Positions 8,513-16,839 of a stretch of DNA of 64,000 bases are shown here, in pieces. The notes below the pieces were generated by a model. The model was not told the DNA's origin and did not search any database. It saw only the letters and a program-made list of their open reading frames with translations. The first letter of the stretch is position 1, and every line of letters starts with the position of its first letter. Origin of the DNA: a virus (Duplodnaviria; Caudoviricetes); the IMG/VR virus record IMGVR_UViG_3300020718_000278, positions 1-64,000 of that record, one strand, 5' to 3'. The translations under genes and the position numbers were made by a program.

Positions 8513-10351
8513 TCAAGCGCCAGCTGTTTGACCGGCTGGGGAACCAGCGCCGCCAGCACCGGGAGCAGGATTAGGTACTGCCGCAGGTCCAGCACCAGTA
8601 TCAGTTTCAGCTTGCCCTAAATTAGTATCGGTCATTTCAGCACCTGTAGATAAATCTGCTTCAATACCTGCGGGATTTATGCCTACAGAACGTAAATCTT
8701 GTCCGGTACTAGTAACTAGGTCAGCAAGATCACGTTCTTCTTTCCATAATGTTTCATTCTCAAGAATTTCTTCTTTGCTTAGGCCCAAATAACGCTCTAG
8801 CATAAAGCGTTTACTGAGGTAGTTAAGTGGTTCAATAGCTGTAAATGTAGCAACGCGAGCAGTATCAAGCTCAGATTGACGATAACTTGCAAAGTTTTGT
8901 GGTTCTGTTAAGCTAACATCAAACAAACTACTGTCAATATTAAAGCCTCTCCAATGTAAAAACAGTTTAAATTCTTCATTTAACTTCTGCATAATCAGCT
9001 TTTGTAGGCGTTCACAGTACTTGTTAAAGCGGAATTCTTGTATTAATGCTGTTCCTACACGTCCATCATTAGTTGTAGCGCCACTATCATCAGGACCAGT
9101 TGGCAAATAACTACTTGGCACACGCAAACCACGTGCCATTTTATTGTTAAAATATTTTAAATCGTCAATTTCACCTAAATTTTTGCCGCCTTCTAGGATA
9201 CTAACACTACTACCGGCACCATCTCTTGTTTTTGGAAAGAAATAATCTTCATTTACAGCCAGTGGGTTATAACTGGCGTCCATCATGTTGTTACCACCGC
9301 CCGTTGTAGTAGGGATTCTGCGCTGATGCATTTCATTTTTAACACGCTCAACAAATTGCATAGCCATATGACTTGGCATATTACCCACATCAATACTGAA
9401 TACTCGACGTTCAGGCGCCCGTTGAACACGATAAATAAGTATTGAATCTTCTAATAGCTCTTTTTGTTTGTAAACTTTAAAAATATTTTCAAGAATACTT
9501 TGTCCAAACGGCCAAAAGTAATCTAATCCTTCATTTAAACTCAAATGCACAACATGTTTAGCGTCAATACATGATTCATTCATGGCTTGTGTAAAACGAC
9601 TATTGCCAGAACCACCACCAGCTCCGCCACCAGCTCCCCCATTAGGAGCATTATAGTTATTGCCAGTGGTAACTGAACCAGTTGAACGACTTACATAGTA
9701 ATCTGATGTTGTTTTTGCTGCCATACTCATGTTTTGAAAGTTGGGATTGATGTCTCGAATAACATATTGTTCGGGACGTTTGCCTTCTGATTCGTTAACA
9801 ATAATACGTGCAACTTTAATCATGTCAACCCAGTACATTTCAAATGTTTCCGGATCACGAACAAACACTTGATCACCGTACTTAATAGTATTACGGAATA
9901 ATTTGAATATGCGTTGATCTAATTTATTAAGTTTAGTCCATTGTTTTAATTGTTTTGTAATAATTTCTACTTCGTGATCAGTAGGTTTATCTTTAAAATG
10001 AACATCAAAGGGAGTTTCATTATCTGTATTAGCTTGTGTGCTAAATTCAGCAATAATATCTAAACAAGCATTAACTTCACTGTCACAATCCATATTTTCA
10101 TATTGATTATAACGTTCTAATCTGTTTGGGTGACCAGAATATACTTCTGGCAAGCGTGATGCATAGTTACGGAAAGCAAATTCATTACGATTGCTGCCTT
10201 CTTGATCAGCACCTGTGCGATTATAACCCGGTAAACCAAAGTTATTTTTGCCAGAAATTGGACTTAGTTGTCCTAGCTGATTTACATCAGCGACTTTAAA
10301 ATATTTGCGCCAGCCGCCATTGCGACCATTACGTCCGTCTGTAGTTGCCAT
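8513..10351 (-). CDS. gp20: portal protein, T4 gp20-like
   Basis: YENMDCDSEVNACLDII, LEDSILIYRVQRAPERRVFSIDVGNMP, EDYFFP, LGEIDDLKYFNNKMARGLRVPSSYL. Confidence 0.96.
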   Translation of the reverse strand: MATTDGRNGRNGGWRKYFKVADVNQLGQLSPISGKNNFGLPGYNRTGADQEGSNRNEFAFRNYASRLPEVYSGHPNRLERYNQYENMDCDSEVNACLDIIAEFSTQANTDNETPFDVHFKDKPTDHEVEIITKQLKQWTKLNKLDQRIFKLFRNTIKYGDQVFVRDPETFEMYWVDMIKVARIIVNESEGKRPEQYVIRDINPNFQNMSMAAKTTSDYYVSRSTGSVTTGNNYNAPNGGAGGGAGGGSGNSRFTQAMNESCIDAKHVVHLSLNEGLDYFWPFGQSILENIFKVYKQKELLEDSILIYRVQRAPERRVFSIDVGNMPSHMAMQFVERVKNEMHQRRIPTTTGGGNNMMDASYNPLAVNEDYFFPKTRDGAGSSVSILEGGKNLGEIDDLKYFNNKMARGLRVPSSYLPTGPDDSGATTNDGRVGTALIQEFRFNKYCERLQKLIMQKLNEEFKLFLHWRGFNIDSSLFDVSLTEPQNFASYRQSELDTARVATFTAIEPLNYLSKRFMLERYLGLSKEEILENETLWKEERDLADLVTSTGQDLRSVGINPAGIEADLSTGAEMTDTNLGQAETDTGAGPAAVPNPAPGAGGAGSPAGQTAGA

Positions 10352-10369
10352 AGTTTATTATTTAGCCTA

Positions 10370-12661
10370 TTATGCTTGCTGCTGTAATATCTTTTCTGAT
10401 GTGCCCACTTGTTTTTGTAAACTGCTGATTAATAAATCTAATTTTGCTATTTTCATGCTCATTAAATTATCATTTTCATCAGGTTGCTCATTTTTAGCAT
10501 ATTGCACTGGTATTTTATTTCCATCAGGCAACGGAACCACTGGTTTAGTATTGGCCAATGTTGAATTATATCCACTTGATGGTCCACTTAATTTTTTACC
10601 AATTTCTGGAGCATTACCTGCCACAGTGGTGCCCCCGTTTTTATTAAGATCTCCTAGCCATTTTTGAGCATACGTATCGGCTGTCATTCCTTTATTAGCA
10701 GCCAACGCACTAGCAGACATTTTACCTTGAGCGTTTCCAGTATACCATGTTTTTGGTACAGCAGTTAGGTCTCCATTATTTTTTGCCAGTATTTCTTCTA
10801 CATATTTTCGAGCTACCTGATCTTGAATTTCAGGTGGTGCTAAGTTAGCACTAAGAAATTCTTTTCCTACATTATATTTTTTTACAAGTGATTGCCAAGT
10901 ACTATCAATAAATTGATATGCGCCAGATGCTGAAGATCCTTTAGCTTTGATTTGATAATTTCCACCAGATTCTCTTTGCCGAATCGTTGCCAATATCTTT
11001 TCAAGTATACCAGGAGATGCTGCACTCGCTCCGGCAGCCGCACCGCCCCCACTCATTAAGTTATTAAAAAAGTTGCCTACGCTAGACCCCCCGCCTGGAC
11101 TGCCGCCTGGACCTCCGCCCAAAGATCTCGTGGCTCCACCAGCACTACCTGCCGCTCCGGCGGTGCCTCCACCAAATCCTAACGCTTGTCCTATTTTTGC
11201 TGGCAAGGAGGTACCACCGCCAACTTGACCTCCTTTACCAAGTACTGGATTTGACATACTGACTAATTGTTGAGCGGCATCAGATAAATTTGCAAATCCT
11301 GTGGCAACAGGAACAATGCCTTGATTAAGTAATAAATCCAATGTTTGAGTTGTATCTCTTTGATTTTCTCTAATTTTTACTTGATTTTTTACTCCTTCAT
11401 CGCCTCCTGCTTTTGCGTCGTTTTGTTGTTTGGTTGCCTTTTCATAATTTTCTTGAGCATCTTGTTTATTGGTACTTGCCAATTTTACCATTCCCGGAAT
11501 ATCACCAAAAGTTTCCCCTGCTTTACCACCATATTTTCCCATGGTAGTTGAAATTTTATCCATTGTTTCTCTAGAGTCTTGACCTTGAGCTGCAAAAACA
11601 TCTGCGATTTTCTTTGTGGGATCTTTTACTGTTTTTATAGTTGTACTAAAAGCTCTTTTATAAGCCTGAGCTTGATCACTAACACTACCAGAAAATGCCA
11701 ATGCCAACCCATCTGCTATCTTTTGGTTTCCATTTGCAGACGCATTTACAAAAGCAGCCTGTTCTTTATCTAATTGTTCTTTGGCAGCTTGTCCGTCGGC
11801 ACCGCCTTTGTTTATTCTTTGTTTTAATTCGTATACATGAGCCGAATATTCTTGTTGTGCTAACTCGTGTTCCATCAATTCATTTTGTTTTTTGGAATTC
11901 ATGCCAGTTAATCTAGTTAATCTATCTTGTTCATCAATAAAAGCACTGGCACTTTCTTTCAATTCCTGTAAGGATTGCGTTCTCGATGATCCGCTTAGTT
12001 GCTGTCTTTTTATATAATTTACTATACCAGAATTTATATCCGTTTGGGTCAATCCCATGTTCATAAATTCAGTTTCTAATTCAGAATTTGTAATTGCGTT
12101 TGACACATCAGCAAAGTTTTTTGCTCCATCTGCTGCCGTGCCACCAAATCTTGCCAAAGTTTCAGCATTTTGTTTTAATAAATTTCCGTATTCGGAAATT
12201 TGTGCCACTGTGTATCCAGATTTTTGAAGATTTTTAAATGTGTCATCCATTCCAACTGCCAAACCTGAACGACTTATATCTCTAAAAGCATCAAATAATC
12301 CATCTGCTTGCTGATTAATTAATGGTATTGCAAAAGCCGCTGCATCAGCGGCTGCTTTGGCTCCTTTACCAAATTTTCCAGTTGTTTCTAAATAATTTCC
12401 TAAATCAGTTAGTCCTTTAGCAGTTACCTCATTATACGCACTGAGTCCTTCCTTGCCTGCCATTAAGTCTGATCCCAATTTTACAGCAGAATCTTTTAAT
12501 GTTTTATTGCCAGCACCTGTATCACCAGCGTATTGAGTAATACTGCGCTGAGCAGCTTTTATGCGTTGAGACAAATCATCAGAAATTGGGCGATGAGCCG
12601 CTATTGCTTGATTATATTCATCTATTATTTGTTGGTATTCTTCGGAACTATAATTAGCCAT
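10370..12661 (-). CDS. tape-measure-like protein with C-terminal lysozyme-like (lytic transglycosylase) domain
   Basis: Helical A/Q/K-rich body, Gly-rich linker, then IRQRESGGNY...ASGAYQFIDSTW (catalytic Glu motif). Confidence 0.75.
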   Translation of the reverse strand: MANYSSEEYQQIIDEYNQAIAAHRPISDDLSQRIKAAQRSITQYAGDTGAGNKTLKDSAVKLGSDLMAGKEGLSAYNEVTAKGLTDLGNYLETTGKFGKGAKAAADAAAFAIPLINQQADGLFDAFRDISRSGLAVGMDDTFKNLQKSGYTVAQISEYGNLLKQNAETLARFGGTAADGAKNFADVSNAITNSELETEFMNMGLTQTDINSGIVNYIKRQQLSGSSRTQSLQELKESASAFIDEQDRLTRLTGMNSKKQNELMEHELAQQEYSAHVYELKQRINKGGADGQAAKEQLDKEQAAFVNASANGNQKIADGLALAFSGSVSDQAQAYKRAFSTTIKTVKDPTKKIADVFAAQGQDSRETMDKISTTMGKYGGKAGETFGDIPGMVKLASTNKQDAQENYEKATKQQNDAKAGGDEGVKNQVKIRENQRDTTQTLDLLLNQGIVPVATGFANLSDAAQQLVSMSNPVLGKGGQVGGGTSLPAKIGQALGFGGGTAGAAGSAGGATRSLGGGPGGSPGGGSSVGNFFNNLMSGGGAAAGASAASPGILEKILATIRQRESGGNYQIKAKGSSASGAYQFIDSTWQSLVKKYNVGKEFLSANLAPPEIQDQVARKYVEEILAKNNGDLTAVPKTWYTGNAQGKMSASALAANKGMTADTYAQKWLGDLNKNGGTTVAGNAPEIGKKLSGPSSGYNSTLANTKPVVPLPDGNKIPVQYAKNEQPDENDNLMSMKIAKLDLLISSLQKQVGTSEKILQQQA

Positions 12662-12669
12662 AATTTATA

Positions 12670-14763
12670 TTAATGTTGAAGTTGCAAAATTCTATCTGAA
12701 ACAGCATTTTGTCTAGACATTATTTTTAATATTGAATCTAATCTCTCCAATTCCATTGTTAATAATTGTGTTGTATATTTTGATCCACTGCTACCAGTAT
12801 TTGTATCTTGTACTGGAATAGACTTATCACTAGTTGTAGGAACTACTGCTTCGGTACCGTGTAGCATGGCTTGGAATCCAGTACTTGGTCCAGTTAATAT
12901 GCCACCTGTAGCAGCCGAGGGCATTTGAATATGCGGAGGATCACCATTCAATGGACTAAATCCATGCTGACTCAATAATCCTTTTGATTGCAACGCACTA
13001 ACTTGGCTAGCATTAATATCAATTGCTTTACCTATATTATGTAAACTTTTACCAGGAGCAGCTTTGGGATTTCCGCCTGAATTTACGGCAGCTTGTTCAT
13101 CTGCTGATCTAAATGCGCTATTAACTTGCAATTTATCACCAGTAGCACCAAAATAATCTGACGCCATGGCCACAAAATTTTGTAGCACAGAAGAATTTAA
13201 TTGCATAAAATGACTTTTGTCGCCTGTGCCGCCAGAAAATTTAATTACATCATCAATATTTTCGCCAGCCTTTGCTCCACTCGGTGGGCCGCTGCCTGCT
13301 GGAACTGTGCCACCAGCTGCTCCACCGGCAGCCGACGATTTAAATCCAAATTTTTCTAGCAATGTACTACCGCCTCCAACTCTTCCTTCTTTACCAGCCA
13401 ACTTTCCTAACACACCTGCTAGTTGTTCAGTCAACCCTGCTAGCCCAGACATTCCTGCTGTTAGTGGTTCAACCCCTTTATTAAGTGCCAAATCAAAAGT
13501 TTTAACCACATCACGTTGATCTTGTCGAATTTTAGCTTCGGCAGCCGTTGCCGCGTCGGTACCTTTTCCTTGATTTTGTAGTTGAACATTGATATCTTGT
13601 AATATTTGCTTTTGATCTTTTCCGGCCATTGAGGCTTCTTTTACATGTTCGCTGTAGGAACCACCCATCCTTTCATTGAAAACACCAGCTTGCGCAAGTT
13701 TCATACCTTTCGCAGATGTAGCTGTGGAATCTCGAACTGAAGCATTTATAGTAGCTGCTAAATCATTGTTACCAGATTCAAGTTGAGCCGCCATCCCTGC
13801 ACTGTTTCTTTTCGCTGCTTGATATGCTTTGCTAGTCACATCTCCGGCAAGCACCATTTGAACTTGTTTAGCTTTTTCAGGACCTATATTTCTTGCATAA
13901 ACCATCATTTCTTTTTCATATTGCAGTCGTGCTTTAGCCGCTTCGCCCTCTGCGCCGCCAGCATCTATTTTTTTCTGTAGCTCATAAGCATGCGATGCAT
14001 ATTGTTCGGTAGCCATAGCAGCTTCGTAAACTTTGTTTTGCTCATCGGCACTCATGCCAGTAAGTTTAGTTAACTTATCTTGCTCCATAATAAATTCAGC
14101 AGCACTTTGAGCAATTTGATTATCATCTCGTTGTAATGTTGACCCAGCAAGTTGTTGTTGCTTTATATAATTTGCCATACCACCGTTGATGTCATCAACA
14201 GTCATACCCATACGAAGAAACTGTCCTTCTAAACCTGACTCATGAATGTTTTTTGCTGCTTTGGCAAACTGCGCGGCACCGTCGGCCGTTGTTCCGCCCA
14301 ATCTAGCCAGTACTGAAGAATTTTCCTGCATTAGCGAACCGTACTTGCCAATTTCCGCCATGGTATAACCAGCGTCTTGCAAGTTTTTAAAGGTGTCCTT
14401 CATGCCTACAGCAACACCAGAACGACTTATTTTTTGAAAATTATCAAATAAAGCGTCAGCTTGTTTAAGTGATGCTTGCGCATACTTGCCTGCTACGTCG
14501 GCCCCTTCGGCTAGACCCTTGGCTAATTTACCATGCCCTGCGGTAGCTGCTTTGCCAAGATCTGTGGATTTTTGTATGACATCGTTGTAAACAGATGCCC
14601 CTGAGGCACCTCTAAGTAACGCAGAACCAAGATCAATTCCACTGGTTTTCAGAGCTTGTCCGCTGGATTGTAGGGCTTTGTTATAGTCATCAAGCGACTC
14701 TGAAACATTATTCGCAGAATTCGTTAGGTTATTTAAATCTTCCGGGGTCATCTTATCTGCCAT
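12670..14763 (-). CDS. tape-measure-like protein with C-terminal M15-family Zn peptidase (VanY/D,D-peptidase-like)
   Basis: VNSAFRS...SLHNIGKAID (H-x6-D)...DPPHIQM. Body is clearly paralogous to 10370..12661. Confidence 0.75.
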   Translation of the reverse strand: MADKMTPEDLNNLTNSANNVSESLDDYNKALQSSGQALKTSGIDLGSALLRGASGASVYNDVIQKSTDLGKAATAGHGKLAKGLAEGADVAGKYAQASLKQADALFDNFQKISRSGVAVGMKDTFKNLQDAGYTMAEIGKYGSLMQENSSVLARLGGTTADGAAQFAKAAKNIHESGLEGQFLRMGMTVDDINGGMANYIKQQQLAGSTLQRDDNQIAQSAAEFIMEQDKLTKLTGMSADEQNKVYEAAMATEQYASHAYELQKKIDAGGAEGEAAKARLQYEKEMMVYARNIGPEKAKQVQMVLAGDVTSKAYQAAKRNSAGMAAQLESGNNDLAATINASVRDSTATSAKGMKLAQAGVFNERMGGSYSEHVKEASMAGKDQKQILQDINVQLQNQGKGTDAATAAEAKIRQDQRDVVKTFDLALNKGVEPLTAGMSGLAGLTEQLAGVLGKLAGKEGRVGGGSTLLEKFGFKSSAAGGAAGGTVPAGSGPPSGAKAGENIDDVIKFSGGTGDKSHFMQLNSSVLQNFVAMASDYFGATGDKLQVNSAFRSADEQAAVNSGGNPKAAPGKSLHNIGKAIDINASQVSALQSKGLLSQHGFSPLNGDPPHIQMPSAATGGILTGPSTGFQAMLHGTEAVVPTTSDKSIPVQDTNTGSSGSKYTTQLLTMELERLDSILKIMSRQNAVSDRILQLQH

Positions 14764-14769
14764 AATTAA

Positions 14770-14777
14770 TATTTATA
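14770..14777 (-). promoter_or_regulatory. late promoter TATAAATA, 6 nt upstream of the tape-measure ATG
   Basis: Exact T4 late consensus. Confidence 0.65.
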
Positions 14778-14790
14778 CAAGGAAAAACCT

Positions 14791-15645
14791 ATGAATGCAA
14801 ACCCTTTAAGCCAATATTTTAGACAACCAGCAATTTATATCAAACTGCCCAGTCAAGGTAATTATTACCCGCCAGGCTCAATTGAAATGCCGCAAACGGG
14901 AGATATACCGGTACTACCAATGACAGCTATTGATGAAATTACATATCGTACACCAGATGCGCTGTTTAGCGGACAAGCGGTGATTAATGTAATTCAAAGT
15001 TGTGTTCCTGCTATCAAAGATGCTTGGGCTATTCCAGCTATGGATATTGATACTATACTAGTTGGTATTAGAATTGCCAGCTATGGTCACGAAATGAATT
15101 TTGGTACATCTTGCCCAAAATGCACTCACTCAGCTGAATATGGGTTGGATTTAAGAACAATATTAGATAAAATTAAAACACCAGACTATTCTCAACCAAT
15201 CAAGCATGGTGATATTGAAATTTATTTTAAACCTATGACTTATAAGAATTTATCTGAAAATAACAAAATACAGTATGAAGAGCAACGTATATTTCAAAAT
15301 ATAAGTTCCAATGCCACAACTAACGAAAACATAGACGATAATGTAAAACAAATTTCAGCTATGTCTAATGCGTTGAAGAAAATGACAGAAATGACCGTGT
15401 CAGCGTTATCGCAAAGCATCGCAATGATTCGAACACCATCTGCCATGGTATCAGAACACGAATATATTACTGAATTTATAAAAAATTGCGATAGAGGATT
15501 GTTTAGTCGTATTCAAGACTACGTTATTGAAAGAAAATCACAAGCAGAAATGCAACCAGTTGACGTTAAATGTACAGAATGTCAAAATGAATACAAACAA
15601 TCTATTACATTGGACATGACAAGTTTTTTCGAGCCCGCCTCTTAA
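14791..15645 (+). CDS. baseplate hub / tail assembly chaperone, T4 gp26/gp51-like, with Zn-ribbon motifs
   Basis: FRQPAIYIKLPS...PMTAIDEI..., CPKC and CTEC, ends in SFF; AAGGA SD; adjacent to the tape-measure genes. Confidence 0.7.
   Translation: MNANPLSQYFRQPAIYIKLPSQGNYYPPGSIEMPQTGDIPVLPMTAIDEITYRTPDALFSGQAVINVIQSCVPAIKDAWAIPAMDIDTILVGIRIASYGHEMNFGTSCPKCTHSAEYGLDLRTILDKIKTPDYSQPIKHGDIEIYFKPMTYKNLSENNKIQYEEQRIFQNISSNATTNENIDDNVKQISAMSNALKKMTEMTVSALSQSIAMIRTPSAMVSEHEYITEFIKNCDRGLFSRIQDYVIERKSQAEMQPVDVKCTECQNEYKQSITLDMTSFFEPAS
15624..15630 (+). other. candidate -1 ribosomal frameshift slippery site T TTT TTC
   Basis: In-frame AGT TTT TTC. The -1 frame reads FFRARLLT without a stop into the ORF at 15648. 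Confidence 0.6.
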
Positions 15646-15647
15646 CC

Positions 15648-15860
15648 ATGGACTCTGAAGGCATCGGCGAATATGTTGATGGCTTAGATAATGAAATTAA
15701 TGGTATTAGAATGGAGGCGTTAAAAATGGTTTGGTATATGCGAGGCGGACTTAGTTATGAAACTGCTTTGCAACTCAGTGTAGCAGAACGTAAACTCATC
15801 AGTGAAATTATATCTGAGAATATGGAGACCACAAAAAAATCAGGCCTCCCATTTTTTTAG
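15648..15860 (+). CDS. tail assembly protein, gpT-like C-terminal part; probably expressed as a frameshift fusion
   Basis: WYMRGGLSYETALQLSVAERKLI; in the -1 frame relative to the upstream gene; no SD before the ATG. Confidence 0.65.
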   Translation: MDSEGIGEYVDGLDNEINGIRMEALKMVWYMRGGLSYETALQLSVAERKLISEIISENMETTKKSGLPFF

Positions 15861-15964
15861 AAAAGCCAAATACGCATTAATTAAAAATACATAACTGCTT
15901 TTTAGTCATTTGTTTCCTTAAAGCTCTAAACGATTTTTAATTTGATTTATTTTATTTCTTACTT

Positions 15965-16354
15965 AAAAGATTAGCTACGCTAATCTAAGATCTCGTTTAC
16001 ACTCGATCTTATTTTTTGTTTTTGCTTTAGAAATTCCTCATCCAGATTAAGCAGTCACAATTCACCGTATAAACGATGAATTGACCATTTCTCATCCGAG
16101 TTGCACAGTCTTTATTATAAAGAGATTCGTATATACATACGACGGAGGCGGTTGACCGGTACCCCCTACTCTAGCTTCACATATCAACGGAACCCTAGTA
16201 ACCCTATAATAAATCCAAGTCCTATAAGCATGGGGTGTATCTTTTTCACAGAGCCCAAACCATTTGATGCCTTAAGTTAGCAGTTGCCTTTGACGCCCAA
16301 AGTTTTCCAGACCGGGTATTTCACCGTTCCTCGATGGGGATCGAGCTACCTCGA
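15965..16354 (-). ncRNA. candidate large structured non-coding RNA of unrecognised family
   Basis: Longest ORF-free interval in the window, less AT-rich than its flank, at least 8 hairpins read by eye; starts at the GIY-YIG stop codon. Confidence 0.5.
15968..16010. terminator. back-to-back hairpins, probable bidirectional terminator
   Basis: AGATTAGC-TAC-GCTAATCT (15968-15986) and AAGATC...GATCTT (15987-16010), flanked by T-rich tracts on each strand, between convergent operons. Confidence 0.65.
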
Positions 16355-16792
16355 TCAAACTGTGTCGTTTAATTTTTTAATATGACTGCCATGTACACGG
16401 ACTTGTATATGTCCATTGTAGTAGTCGTCAGATTCTAATACACGTCTTTGAAATTGTTCGCGAGCTTCAACGTAACTACATTCAGCCTTGGACCTACAAT
16501 AGTATAGTATTTCGCGAGTAAAGTTGCCTGCGCCTAAGCGTTCGATGTCTTGATTTAATTCTATGTTGCTGCCGTAATATTGCTGCCAATCTGATTCAAT
16601 TTTACTACGAATTCTCTTTTTCTTTTTGGTGCCGTTTTTTTGTTTTACTATTCGATATGTTGTTTTACTAAATTTTGCTAATTTTTTGCCAATATATTTC
16701 CTACCGGTTAAGCTATTCGTTATACAATACACGAAACCGATACACTCTTCTGGTAATGATTCAATTTGGTTGTTTTCAAAAATCCATGACAT
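16355..16792 (-). CDS. minimal GIY-YIG nuclease, catalytic domain only
   Basis: GFVYCITNSLTGRKYIGKK...YYGS...E(ARE)...YYN; no NUMOD DNA-binding tail. Confidence 0.85.
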   Translation of the reverse strand: MSWIFENNQIESLPEECIGFVYCITNSLTGRKYIGKKLAKFSKTTYRIVKQKNGTKKKKRIRSKIESDWQQYYGSNIELNQDIERLGAGNFTREILYYCRSKAECSYVEAREQFQRRVLESDDYYNGHIQVRVHGSHIKKLNDTV

Positions 16793-16810
16793 GGACTAGT
16801 AATTAGCGTC

Positions 16811-16839
16811 ATAATATCCTGAACTGCAAATTTTGTCAT
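16811..16839 (-). promoter_or_regulatory. sigma70-like promoter ATGACA-17-TATTAT upstream of the GIY-YIG gene
   Basis: Minus-strand hexamers at 16839-16834 and 16816-16811 with a 17-nt spacer. Confidence 0.45.

Noticed and set aside
16030-16100. Possible hammerhead ribozyme (CTGGATGAG / CGGATGAGAAA on the minus strand)
   Set aside because: Does not match the CUGAnGA-stem-GAAA core or its stem arrangement; kept only as part of the unknown RNA.
15965-16354. tRNA, tmRNA, RNase P or group I/II intron identity for the structured region
   Set aside because: No TTCGA T-loop with acceptor stem, no GAGGAAAGTCC, no group I R/S elements, no group II domain V seen by eye.
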